From positions 31,112 through 95,111 of the forward strand of contig JBBAFU010000011.1 of assembly GCA_041655275.1 (NCBI GenBank): a DNA stretch of 64,000 nucleotides, given 5' to 3'. Below the pieces are notes generated by a model. The model was not told the DNA's origin, did not search any database, and worked only from the letters and a program-made list of their open reading frames with translations. The DNA comes from Castellaniella sp. (GTDB taxonomy: Bacteria > Pseudomonadota > Gammaproteobacteria > Burkholderiales > Burkholderiaceae_B). Position numbers and translations under genes: made by a program. Of the stretch, positions 1 to 8,734 are shown piece by piece; within the stretch, counting starts at the first letter, position 1; the number at the start of each line of letters is the position of its first letter.

Positions 1-545
1 GCATCGTATTTCTGCGCGAGCGCCTGGCACGCTTCGAGCTTGAACGCCATATGGAAACCCTTACCCAGGGCTATCTGCGTGCCATCCATGAACAGGATGC
101 GACGCGGCGGCGTCAGGTCCTTGACAGTTTCGCACCGGCGGAAGATGCCGTGGCCCGCCAGACGCAAGCGCTGGCCGAAAGCATGCGTACGGACTCGGCG
201 GAAGCAACAGCCATGGGGCGGTTTGCCTTCTGCGTGCCCTGGGTGGAGCGCGTCTTCCCGGCTCTGACGCGGGATTTCCGGCAGCTGCTGCAGATTCATG
301 CCGACGGCCTGCGCCGGGTAGTGGATGACCGCGAAACTCAGGATGCCAGGGCGCGTGCCTTTCACCTCTCGGCAGAACTCTATCTGTTTCAGCACAGCTG
401 TCACTGGTTCTGCAAGTCACGCGTCGTGGCCGATGCCCGGCTGGTCGCGCGCCACCAGGTGACGCACCAGAAAGTGCTGGAATCCGTTTCGGAACCGACG
501 CGTGCGGCCTATCTGCGCTGGCTGGCTGCGGCCGGGACGCAATAG
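1..545 (+). CDS. hypothetical protein, 5'-truncated by window edge
   Basis: Reading frame 3 is open from nt 3 to the TAG at 543-545, with no stop upstream of the listed Met at 51. The gene probably starts left of the window. Third codon positions are GC-rich like the neighbours. No family recognised by eye. Confidence 0.45.
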   Translation, partial: IVFLRERLARFELERHMETLTQGYLRAIHEQDATRRRQVLDSFAPAEDAVARQTQALAESMRTDSAEATAMGRFAFCVPWVERVFPALTRDFRQLLQIHADGLRRVVDDRETQDARARAFHLSAELYLFQHSCHWFCKSRVVADARLVARHQVTHQKVLESVSEPTRAAYLRWLAAAGTQ

Positions 546-657
546 GCAGGTGAGCGGGAAGACAGGCAGATGAACACGATATATTAGTTTATGCTAAATT
601 ACTGGAAATCCAGTCAATATCAATACCTTTGATCGTTCCGGCGCCGGACGCCCAGCC

Positions 658-1647
658 ATGACCACCAGCACCAGCACCACCACCCTGACCGCACACGACG
701 AACATCGTCTGGTTCATTTTCCCGTTGCCCTGTTCGCCACCGTCATGGGCATGGCCGGCCTGACGCTGGCCTGGATGAAGGCGCCGGCCCTGATCGGCGT
801 TCCGGAACTCGTCGGTGAAATCCTGCGCTGGCTGACGAGCGCACTGTTCCTGTTCCTGCTGTCCACCTATGGGCTCAAGCTCCTGCGCCACCCGGGTGCC
901 GTGCTGGCGGAGCAGGCCCACCCGGTAAAACAGAATTTCTTTCCGGCGATCTCGATCGGCCTGCTGCTGCTGTCCAGCGCCTGGCTGACAACGGCACCCG
1001 GCGTCGCGCGACTGGCATGGGTGCTGGCAACGGCGCTGCACCTGTGGTTCACATTGAAGATCATGCGGGGCTGGCTGTTCCATGATCAGGTCAACATCCT
1101 GCACGCCAATCCGGCCTGGTTCATCCCGGTGGTGGGCAATATCCTGGTGCCCATTGCCGGGGCCCGGCTGGCACCCGTCGACCTGAACTGGTTCTTCTTC
1201 AGCGTGGGGCTGGTATTCTGGCTGGTGTTGCTGACCATCATCCTGTACCGGCTGTTCTTTCATGAATCACTGCCGGCGCGCCTCATGCCCACACTCTTCA
1301 TACTGATTGCGCCCCCGGCAGTCGGCTTCATTGCCTATGTGGCCCTGACAGGCACGCTGAATACTTTCGGTCGCATCCTGTATTTTGTGGCGCTCTTCTT
1401 CACGCTGCTGATGACCAGTCATGCGCGCGCCTTCCTGCGTCTGCCCTTTTCCATTTCAGCCTGGGCCACTTCCTTTCCCATGGCCGCCATCACCATTGCC
1501 AGCCTTGAAATGGCCGCGCTCACCGGCCAGGCCTTCTTCACCACTCTGGGCGGTACCTTACTGCTGATCACCAGCACCCTGATACTGATGCTGGTGATCC
1601 GGACTCTGGCCGCCGCCCGTGCCGGGCAGATCTGCGTGCCCGAATAA
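658..1647 (+). CDS. TehA/Mae1/SLAC1-family anion (tellurite-resistance/dicarboxylate) channel protein
   Basis: 329-aa polytopic membrane ORF with about 10 hydrophobic segments. The N-terminal pattern (HFPVALFATVMGMAGL) and overall layout resemble the TehA family. Confidence 0.75.
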   Translation: MTTSTSTTTLTAHDEHRLVHFPVALFATVMGMAGLTLAWMKAPALIGVPELVGEILRWLTSALFLFLLSTYGLKLLRHPGAVLAEQAHPVKQNFFPAISIGLLLLSSAWLTTAPGVARLAWVLATALHLWFTLKIMRGWLFHDQVNILHANPAWFIPVVGNILVPIAGARLAPVDLNWFFFSVGLVFWLVLLTIILYRLFFHESLPARLMPTLFILIAPPAVGFIAYVALTGTLNTFGRILYFVALFFTLLMTSHARAFLRLPFSISAWATSFPMAAITIASLEMAALTGQAFFTTLGGTLLLITSTLILMLVIRTLAAARAGQICVPE

Positions 1648-1649
1648 GC

Positions 1650-2354
1650 TCAGATGGCGTGGCTCACGCCACCATCGACGCGGATGTTCTGGCCGGTGAT
1701 ATAGCCGGCCTCATCCGACAGCAGAAAGGCGATGGTGGCGGCGATCTCTTCCATTTTTCCATAGCGGGCCATGGGCACGCTCCTGCGTCGCTCTTCGGTT
1801 TCCGGCAGGCTGTCTATCCAGCCCGGCAGGACATTGTTCATGCGGACATTCCTCCCGGCCCAGGCATCGGCGAAGATCTTGGTGAAGCTGGCAAGGCCGG
1901 CCCGAAACACCGCCGAAGTCGGGAACAGCGAAATGGGCTCGAAAGCCCAGGCGGTGGAAATATTGACAATGGCACCCCCGCCCTGGGCGGCCATGATGGG
2001 CACTACCAGACGCGCCGGACGCACGGCGCTGAGGAAATACACGTCCATGCCGGTATGCCAGTCTTCATCACCGAGCTCGAGAATGGGCGCCCGCGGGCCG
2101 TGACCTGCGGAATTCACGAGGGCATCGATACGACCCCAGCGCGCCATGGCCAGATCGACCAGGCGCCGGACATCGTCGGGGGACTGATTGGACCCGGTCA
2201 CGCCCAGCCCGCCCAGCGATTCGGCCAGGGCCTGACCCCTGCCCGATGAAGACAGCACGGCCACCTGATAGCCGTCCCGGGACAGCCTGCGCGCTGCGGC
2301 GGCGCCCATGCCTGACCCGCCTGCAGTGATCAGGGCCACTTTTTCCTGAGACAT
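1650..2354 (-). CDS. SDR-family oxidoreductase
   Basis: N-terminal Rossmann motif VALITAGGSGMGAA. 234 aa, the typical short-chain dehydrogenase length, ending in a C-terminal ITGQNIRVDGG. Confidence 0.85.
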   Translation of the reverse strand: MSQEKVALITAGGSGMGAAAARRLSRDGYQVAVLSSSGRGQALAESLGGLGVTGSNQSPDDVRRLVDLAMARWGRIDALVNSAGHGPRAPILELGDEDWHTGMDVYFLSAVRPARLVVPIMAAQGGGAIVNISTAWAFEPISLFPTSAVFRAGLASFTKIFADAWAGRNVRMNNVLPGWIDSLPETEERRRSVPMARYGKMEEIAATIAFLLSDEAGYITGQNIRVDGGVSHAI

Positions 2355-2505
2355 GTTGTTCTCCTGAACCAGAAATGGATACCGGCCCCATTATCGCCGC
2401 CGGCACGCTTTCGCGTCGACATCCTGATTCCCGCCATGGTCTTGGCCGACTCGAGCAGCAACACTCGCTACACTGCCCTTTTGTGCTGCCGCAGGACTTG
2501 AAGCC

Positions 2506-3129
2506 ATGCCTCACCCCGAATTCTTCAACACCGCACCCGCCATCACCCTGTACGACCCTCTGGCGGAATTGCTGGGTGCAGCCGAAAACGGCCTGATCGA
2601 ATACCACTACCTGGATGCCGTCAAGCTGGCCGGACACTCGTGCCCAACCGTGGCGGGCGCCTGGCTGATGACGGTCAAGGCGCTCCAGGCGCTATACCCG
2701 GATGAGACACCCGAGCGCGGCAATGTGATCGTGGAGTTTGCCGAAGATGCCGTGGCCGGCGTGACCGGGGTAATCGCCAACGTCGTCAGCCTGATCACGG
2801 GCGCCACCACCGACACCGGCTTCAAAGGCCTTGGCGGGCGTTACGACCGGCGTCACCTGATGGCTTTCGGGGTGGATGTGCCGGGTGAGATCGCCTTCGC
2901 CCGGCGTGATACGGGCGCCGGCATCGTGGCCGCCTTCAATGCGCGCAGCATTCCCATGCCGGAGGCCGCCATGCCGCTACTGCAGGCCATCCTGGCAGGC
3001 CGTGCCTCACCCGAGCAGGCCCGCACCTTCGGCCTGCTGTGGCAGGCACGCGTAAGGGACATCCTGGCCGCAGCCGATGACCCCGCAGTGATCATGCTCA
3101 GCGAGCCGGCGGTCAGCCGCGCGACTTGA
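2506..3129 (+). CDS. conserved hypothetical protein, possibly FmdE-like (GHSCP motif)
   Basis: 207-aa ORF with good GC3 bias. The motif AGHSCPTVAGAW is reminiscent of the FmdE/FwdE-domain HxCPG motif. The assignment is tentative. Confidence 0.5.
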   Translation: MPHPEFFNTAPAITLYDPLAELLGAAENGLIEYHYLDAVKLAGHSCPTVAGAWLMTVKALQALYPDETPERGNVIVEFAEDAVAGVTGVIANVVSLITGATTDTGFKGLGGRYDRRHLMAFGVDVPGEIAFARRDTGAGIVAAFNARSIPMPEAAMPLLQAILAGRASPEQARTFGLLWQARVRDILAAADDPAVIMLSEPAVSRAT

Positions 3130-3310
3130 TCGGGCAGGTACTCAGACCCAGCAGACGGTACATGGGGCAGAAGCGGAACAGGCCGGTGACCAGCGGCACG
3201 ACGCCGATGTAGGCCCACCAGCCCAGATTGCCGGTGGCGGCAAGCGCGATGAGAATAAGACCGACCACGATACGAAGCAGGCGATCGGTGGAACCAATAT
3301 TGGCGGTCAT
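3113..3310 (-). CDS. DUF2892 (YgaP-like) small inner-membrane protein
   Basis: 65 aa. The STDRLLRIVVGLILI ... LVTGLFRFCPMYRLLGLSTC pattern is typical of the DUF2892 family. Confidence 0.8.
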   Translation of the reverse strand: MTANIGSTDRLLRIVVGLILIALAATGNLGWWAYIGVVPLVTGLFRFCPMYRLLGLSTCPIKSRG

Positions 3311-3329
3311 GTGTTTTCTCCTGTAAGCC

Positions 3330-3356
3330 GACTTATATTAGATAAGTCTAATCTAA
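3330..3356. promoter_or_regulatory. two overlapping perfect palindromes (operator-like) upstream of the DUF2892 gene
   Basis: GACTTAT-attag-ATAAGTC at 3330-3348, and TTAGAT-N7-ATCTAA at 3338-3356. They lie 20-46 nt upstream of the start at 3310, in an AT-rich spacer. Confidence 0.5.
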
Positions 3357-3411
3357 TTCTAGGTGATTTGCCGATCCCTGTCCAGAAACCTGCACGCCGC
3401 ACGGACAAACA

Positions 3412-3792
3412 TCAGTTGACCAGACGCTGCCACGCGACGGCCAGCCAGACTATCGCGGCAAGCACCAGGGCCAGCATTACCGCCGCACTGGCCATGTCCT
3501 TGGCGCGCCCGATCAGGGGATGGTCTTCCAGCGTCACTGCGTCGGCGACCGCCTCGAGTGCAGAGTTGAGCAGCTCCACCACCAGCACCAGCACCAGAAC
3601 GCCCAGCAAGGCAAGCAGCTCCGGAACACTGCGCGCCAGCCACCAGGCGAGGGGCAGCGCAATCAGGCACAGCAGGAGTTCCTGACGAAAGGCGGCCTCG
3701 TGCCGCCAGGCGCCGCACAGGCCCCGCACCGAAAAAGCGCAAGCCCTGAGGATGCGTCCCGCCCCGCCACGACTCTTGTGCCGGTTCATCAT
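3412..3792 (-). CDS. dgkA: diacylglycerol kinase
   Basis: Internal Met40 of the 3412..3909 ORF gives a 126-aa protein (MMNRHKSRGG...FRQELLL...VELLNSALEAVAD...KDMASAAV) typical of DgkA. Its ATG overlaps the upstream gene's TGA (ATGA at 3789-3792). Confidence 0.88.
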   Translation of the reverse strand: MMNRHKSRGGAGRILRACAFSVRGLCGAWRHEAAFRQELLLCLIALPLAWWLARSVPELLALLGVLVLVLVVELLNSALEAVADAVTLEDHPLIGRAKDMASAAVMLALVLAAIVWLAVAWQRLVN

Positions 3793-5735
3793 GGCGCATG
3801 CGGCCCCGGGAACGACGCGGCTTCCGGCAAGGGTGTGAAGTTCGGTCCGCCCGGCCGCTTCAGTCCAGGCAGGGTGTAGGCCCGCTGACGATAGATCTGG
3901 CCGGGCCACAGGGCGTGCGCCAGTGCCTCTTCGTGCAGCACCGGATTTACGACGCAGGCGTCATAGCCCTCCGGTGCCCGGTAATGAAATTGCAGCGGAT
4001 CGCGCTGTGGCTGCAGCACCAGTAACTCATCCTCCTTCAGATAGGCGTAAGTCATCTTGTACTGCATCATGGCCCGGCCGCCCGTCCAGGTCGTCAGGTC
4101 ATGCCCGATCATGGGATGCGGACCCGGGATGCCCATGAGCGAGAGCAGGGTGACAGGCAGATCGATCTGGCTGATGATGCGGTCGTCACGCCGCGGCGCA
4201 ACAGGTCCGCCCAGCACGAGTGCCGGAATATGAAAGTGCGCCATGGGAACCACGTGGGTACCGCTGGCCTGGGCATCGTGATCGGCAACGACAAGAAAGA
4301 GGGTGTTGTCCCAGTACGCCGACGCGCGCGCGCGATCAAAGAAACGGCCCAGCGCCCAATCGGCATAACGCACACTGTTTTCCACAGTGGCCGGGTCGCC
4401 GGCAACCGCAATCCGGCCTTCAGGGTATTCCCAGGGTGAGTGATTGCTGACGGTGAACGCCAGCACGAAACCGGGCTGCTCCGATGGTGTGCTCATGAGC
4501 ACATGCAGGCGCTCGAACATATCTTCGTCGCTTGCGCCCCAGGTTCCCACGAAGGCCGGCTGCTCGAAGCTGTGTATGTCATGCAATTCATCGAAGCCGT
4601 TTCCAAGCAGAAACCCTTTCATGTTGTCGAAATGTGCCTCGCCGCCATAAATGAACTGCGAGCGATAGCCCTGGGTGCGCAACAGCTGGGCGAGCGTGAA
4701 GAAGCCGGACTGCGCACCGGGCAGACGCAGGGCCGCGTCGGATACGCTGGGCGGAAAACCTGCCACCAGCGCTTCCAGACCGCGCACCGACCGGGTTCCC
4801 GTGGCATAGGCACGGGTGAAATACCAGCCCTGCCCGGCCAGGGCATCCAGGCAGGGCGTAAGGCCCTGACCACCCAGGGATGCCACATAACGGGCGCCCA
4901 GACTTTCTTCAACAATGATGACAAGATTCAGGGGTCGTGCGGGATGATGCGAAGGGCTGTGAACATGCAGGGATGGCAGCCCGTCTTCCCGGCCGGTGAT
5001 GCCGGCACAGGCATTCACCACCGCATTGACCCTGTCCTCATCCAGACTGCCATAGAATCGCGTCGCCGAGCGTTCGTTCTTGGTGCTGTAGACGGAATAC
5101 AGCACGCTGTAAAGCGAGTTCAGCGCCAGGGCATTGAGCAGGCCGTCACCGCAGAAGGCCACGGTGGACGGATTCATCGGCCGATGCGCCACCGTTCCGC
5201 GTATTGCAAGAAACACAAGCGGCGCGAGCACCAGGGTCAAACCGACGCGCGCCGCCAGAGACAGGGGCGCATCGGCAGGCAGGCGCGGAAACAGCGCCAG
5301 CCCCAGCCAGAAAAAAACGGCAATGAGAACCGCTGCACCCAGGAGCGCAGTCCGGTACGCTTTCCAGAGCATGCCGAAGACTTCCCGCGGGTGTCCAAGA
5401 TATTCGACGTAAAGACGATCGGGCCGCGTATCGTATTCCGCGATGAATCCCGGCGTGGATACTTCCGGGATCACCACAAGCATCCAGACCAGCAGAAACC
5501 AGATCCCGCTGATGGCCGTCGCCAGCGGCAGATGCCCCAGCCAAGGCCCCAGCAACGCAGGCAGGCCGGCAAACATGGCGATCAGGGCGGCATCGATACG
5601 CAAACCCCCGATGAGGATGGGCCACCAGCCACGCGCCTGGCGTACACGCCGCCACTGCCACGCCATGAGGGTAAGCCGGCTGAAGCTGAGCAGGGCCAGG
5701 CCGGCGAGAACGAAATAAAGAGTCTGGGTTCGCAT
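3789..5735 (-). CDS. LTA-synthase/sulfatase-family membrane phospho-headgroup transferase (MdoB/OpgB/EptA-like fold)
   Basis: 648 aa. An N-terminal multi-TM segment is followed by an alkaline-phosphatase-like domain (VIIVEESLGARY, GTRSVRGLEAL, NHSPWEYP, FLVVADHD). Confidence 0.85.
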   Translation of the reverse strand: MRTQTLYFVLAGLALLSFSRLTLMAWQWRRVRQARGWWPILIGGLRIDAALIAMFAGLPALLGPWLGHLPLATAISGIWFLLVWMLVVIPEVSTPGFIAEYDTRPDRLYVEYLGHPREVFGMLWKAYRTALLGAAVLIAVFFWLGLALFPRLPADAPLSLAARVGLTLVLAPLVFLAIRGTVAHRPMNPSTVAFCGDGLLNALALNSLYSVLYSVYSTKNERSATRFYGSLDEDRVNAVVNACAGITGREDGLPSLHVHSPSHHPARPLNLVIIVEESLGARYVASLGGQGLTPCLDALAGQGWYFTRAYATGTRSVRGLEALVAGFPPSVSDAALRLPGAQSGFFTLAQLLRTQGYRSQFIYGGEAHFDNMKGFLLGNGFDELHDIHSFEQPAFVGTWGASDEDMFERLHVLMSTPSEQPGFVLAFTVSNHSPWEYPEGRIAVAGDPATVENSVRYADWALGRFFDRARASAYWDNTLFLVVADHDAQASGTHVVPMAHFHIPALVLGGPVAPRRDDRIISQIDLPVTLLSLMGIPGPHPMIGHDLTTWTGGRAMMQYKMTYAYLKEDELLVLQPQRDPLQFHYRAPEGYDACVVNPVLHEEALAHALWPGQIYRQRAYTLPGLKRPGGPNFTPLPEAASFPGPHAP

Positions 5736-5746
5736 TGGAGAACGCT

Positions 5747-7978
5747 TTAATCCCCGAAGAAACGGTATTGATTGCTGCCCATGAGCTTGGCCTGGTACAT
5801 GGCCTGATCAGCGCACGCCACCAGTGCATCGAACTCGACGGCATGGTCCGGCCAGAGGGCAATGCCCACGCTGGTACTCACCAGCGTGGCGTTGGAAAAT
5901 TCCGGCAGCGCCGCCTCGGGACTGAGTATGCGCTGTGCCAGCTGTGCGGCATCATCACGATTGTCGACATGGTTCATCAGTACGACGAACTCATCGCCGC
6001 CCACACGCGCAAGAATATCGCCGCCCCGCAGCTGGCTGCGCCAATGGTGGGCCGTCTCGACCAGCAGCGCATCCCCTGCAGCATGTCCCAGCGTGTCATT
6101 GACATGCTTGAAACCGTCGATATCCAGAAACAGCACTGCAAGCTGACGGTTCTCGCGACGCGCAGCGGCAATCGATTGTGCAGCCATCTCATCGAGAAAG
6201 CGCCGATTGGGCAGGCCCGTGAGGCTGTCATGCAGGGCAAGATGCGCCATGCGAGCGGCCTGGCTTCGCGCCTGGGTCACATCATGCAGCACCATCACGC
6301 TGCCGATCAGCACGCCGTCCCGGTCAACGATACGGGTAGCCGATACTTCCGCATCAACCTGCTTGTCGTCCCCCGCATGCAGCACAACCCGGCGCTTGGG
6401 CACCGCGGCATCACCATCGGCAAGTACATCCGCGACGGGGAAGGGACGCTCTCCCGGTTGCCGGGGCTCGTCCACGGGCCACGCCAGACGCACCACATCC
6501 GCCACGGGAAGCCCCGCAGCTGCGTCCTGAGACCAGCCCGTCAGACCACTTGCCGCCGGATTCAGATAGGTGATGCGTCCGTTGCCATCCGTAGTGATGA
6601 CGGCATCGCGAATGGATTCCAGCGTGACCCGGAAACGCTCCGTCTCATCAGCCAGACGTTCCTCGACCTGCTTGTAATCGGTAATATCCTGGACCAGGGC
6701 GAAAAAGCCGTCGATCTGGCCATCGCCGCTCCGGTCCGGCACAAGATTGCAGATAGCCTGACGCAAGCTGCCGTTGCGATCCCTGAAACTCATTTCGTAG
6801 GTCTGGGGGGTGCCGGCCAGGGCGGCGTCAATATATTTTGATACGCTCTGCAGGCTTTTTTCGCCGAGCATGGCGCTCAGATGGCGCCCGGCAAGCGAAG
6901 TGCCCGCCTTGCCCAGCCAATGCTCATGCGCGCGATTGGCAAAACGGTTGTACAGGTGCCGGTCCCAATGGGCGATCAGTGCCGGCGTATTGTCCATGAT
7001 GGTGCGCAATTCGTGCTCGACGCGACGCAGGCGCGCAGACACCTTGCGATGCGCCGTGAGCTCACGCTGCGCCATGCCTGCCACGCCCAGGATGGCCAGC
7101 ATGAGAAGCACCGTCACGAGCGCCTGCCAGCGCATGCTGGTGTACCAGTTCCCGAGTATGGCCTCCACGCTTTGCGCCGAGTTGACCAGCAGGGGATAGC
7201 CATCGATACGACGGGAGTTGTACAGGCGCCGGACGCCATCGGGCGATGCCGTGCCGATGTGCTGGCCTTCTCCCGAGCGCATGAAACGCTCGAAACCGGG
7301 CGTTCCGGCCATGGAAATGCCGAGCAGCTCCGGCTGGTGGGGCACGCGCATCAGCAAGGTGCCATCATCCAGGAACAGGCTCATGCTGCTGCCCGGGCCC
7401 AGGTTGATCGCCTCGAACATCGCCTGCAGCACATCAAGCTTCACGGTGTGGACGACGGTCCCGCCGAAACGCCCGTCGATATCCTGCCAGCGCCGGCTCA
7501 ATGCGACGCTGGCACGGCCATCCTGGCGCGACATGAAAGGATGGCTGATGAAAAGACCGGTATCTTCATTGTCTCTATGTATCGCAAAGAAGTCGCGATC
7601 CGACAAATCGGTGGCCTCGGATATCATGGGTCGCGTACTGCGCACCACCCGGCCCTGATCATCGGTTACGACGAGTACGCCAAGCGCATCATCGGGCTGC
7701 ATGTGGAACAGATGATCATCGGACAGGGCGACGATAGCGTAGGCGGCATTGTCACCGTCAAGTTGCGCCACCGTATCCGTGATGGCGCGGTCGGCACGAA
7801 CCAGCGTGCGCTCCAGCACGAAGCTGACAGCGAACAGCAAATTGGAGCCGGTCACCTCTGCGCGGCGCAATTCGGCCTCACGTGCCTGAATCATCTGCCA
7901 GGCGGCCAGCACACCCATGCCAAGCGCCAGAATGACGGAAAGCAGCAAGAGGCGGGACGAGATGGCCAATAGACGCAT
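5747..7978 (-). CDS. sensor diguanylate cyclase (periplasmic Cache-like domain, PAS domains, GGDEF)
   Basis: Signal/TM segment, about 270-aa periplasmic region, second TM and two PAS-like segments. C-terminal GGDEF domain (RVGGDEFVV) with an RGGD I-site five residues upstream. Confidence 0.9.
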   Translation of the reverse strand: MRLLAISSRLLLLSVILALGMGVLAAWQMIQAREAELRRAEVTGSNLLFAVSFVLERTLVRADRAITDTVAQLDGDNAAYAIVALSDDHLFHMQPDDALGVLVVTDDQGRVVRSTRPMISEATDLSDRDFFAIHRDNEDTGLFISHPFMSRQDGRASVALSRRWQDIDGRFGGTVVHTVKLDVLQAMFEAINLGPGSSMSLFLDDGTLLMRVPHQPELLGISMAGTPGFERFMRSGEGQHIGTASPDGVRRLYNSRRIDGYPLLVNSAQSVEAILGNWYTSMRWQALVTVLLMLAILGVAGMAQRELTAHRKVSARLRRVEHELRTIMDNTPALIAHWDRHLYNRFANRAHEHWLGKAGTSLAGRHLSAMLGEKSLQSVSKYIDAALAGTPQTYEMSFRDRNGSLRQAICNLVPDRSGDGQIDGFFALVQDITDYKQVEERLADETERFRVTLESIRDAVITTDGNGRITYLNPAASGLTGWSQDAAAGLPVADVVRLAWPVDEPRQPGERPFPVADVLADGDAAVPKRRVVLHAGDDKQVDAEVSATRIVDRDGVLIGSVMVLHDVTQARSQAARMAHLALHDSLTGLPNRRFLDEMAAQSIAAARRENRQLAVLFLDIDGFKHVNDTLGHAAGDALLVETAHHWRSQLRGGDILARVGGDEFVVLMNHVDNRDDAAQLAQRILSPEAALPEFSNATLVSTSVGIALWPDHAVEFDALVACADQAMYQAKLMGSNQYRFFGD

Positions 7979-8025
7979 GCTTCTCCGAAGACTGGAAAAA
8001 TCCTGCCGTTACGTTAATGTTATGT

Positions 8026-8042
8026 TGTAGACCAACTCTACA
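8026..8042. promoter_or_regulatory. inverted repeat TGTAGA-ccaac-TCTACA in a divergent promoter region
   Basis: Perfect 6-5-6 inverted repeat, 21 nt upstream of the response-regulator start at 8063. Confidence 0.35.
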
Positions 8043-8062
8043 CAGGAACCTGGAAATTTACC

Positions 8063-8722
8063 ATGACGGAACTACTGATCGCTGATGATCACCCACTGTT
8101 TCGCGAGGCTTTGCGAGGGGTGGTGACCCGCACACTGGCGGGAACCGTCATCCACGAGGCAGATCAGTTCGATCGTCTCTACGAGCTGGTCGAACGCCAC
8201 CCGGACGCCGACCTGCTGCTGCTGGATCTGAACATGCCGGGCGCACAGGGCTTCGGCGCCCTGGTGCATCTGCGTGCACTGCATCCACAGCTACCCATCG
8301 TCATCGTTTCCGCCCATGAAGATCCTGTGACCATACGCCGGGCCCTTGACCATGGTGCAATGGGCTTCATTCCCAAGTCCACCGACTCGGGCGTACTGGG
8401 CCACGCGTTGCTGCAGATTCTCGATGGCGGCATCTGGGTACCCCCCGGCCTGGGCACCAGTGCCGGTGCCGATGCCGATGAGCTGGAAGCCGCCCAGCGC
8501 CTGCGCGAACTCACCCCCCAGCAGTTTCGTGTGCTGCAGATGGCGTGCTCCGGCGCGCTCAACAAGCAGATCGCCTGGGACATGGATGTTTCGGAATCAA
8601 CCGTCAAGGCACACATGAGCCATATCCTGCGCAAGCTGGGCGCCTCCAACCGCACCCAGGCCGTCCTGATCGCATCACGCCTGGGGATCGCCGACGAGGC
8701 AGCTCCTGAAAGCCGGAACTGA
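8063..8722 (+). CDS. LuxR/FixJ-family response regulator (CrbR-like)
   Basis: REC domain (LIADDHPLFREAL ... LLLLDLNMPG) plus a C-terminal LuxR HTH (LTPQQFRVLQMACSGALNKQIAWDMDVSESTVKAH). Confidence 0.9.
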   Translation: MTELLIADDHPLFREALRGVVTRTLAGTVIHEADQFDRLYELVERHPDADLLLLDLNMPGAQGFGALVHLRALHPQLPIVIVSAHEDPVTIRRALDHGAMGFIPKSTDSGVLGHALLQILDGGIWVPPGLGTSAGADADELEAAQRLRELTPQQFRVLQMACSGALNKQIAWDMDVSESTVKAHMSHILRKLGASNRTQAVLIASRLGIADEAAPESRN

Positions 8723-8734
8723 GCCGCCGGGAAA

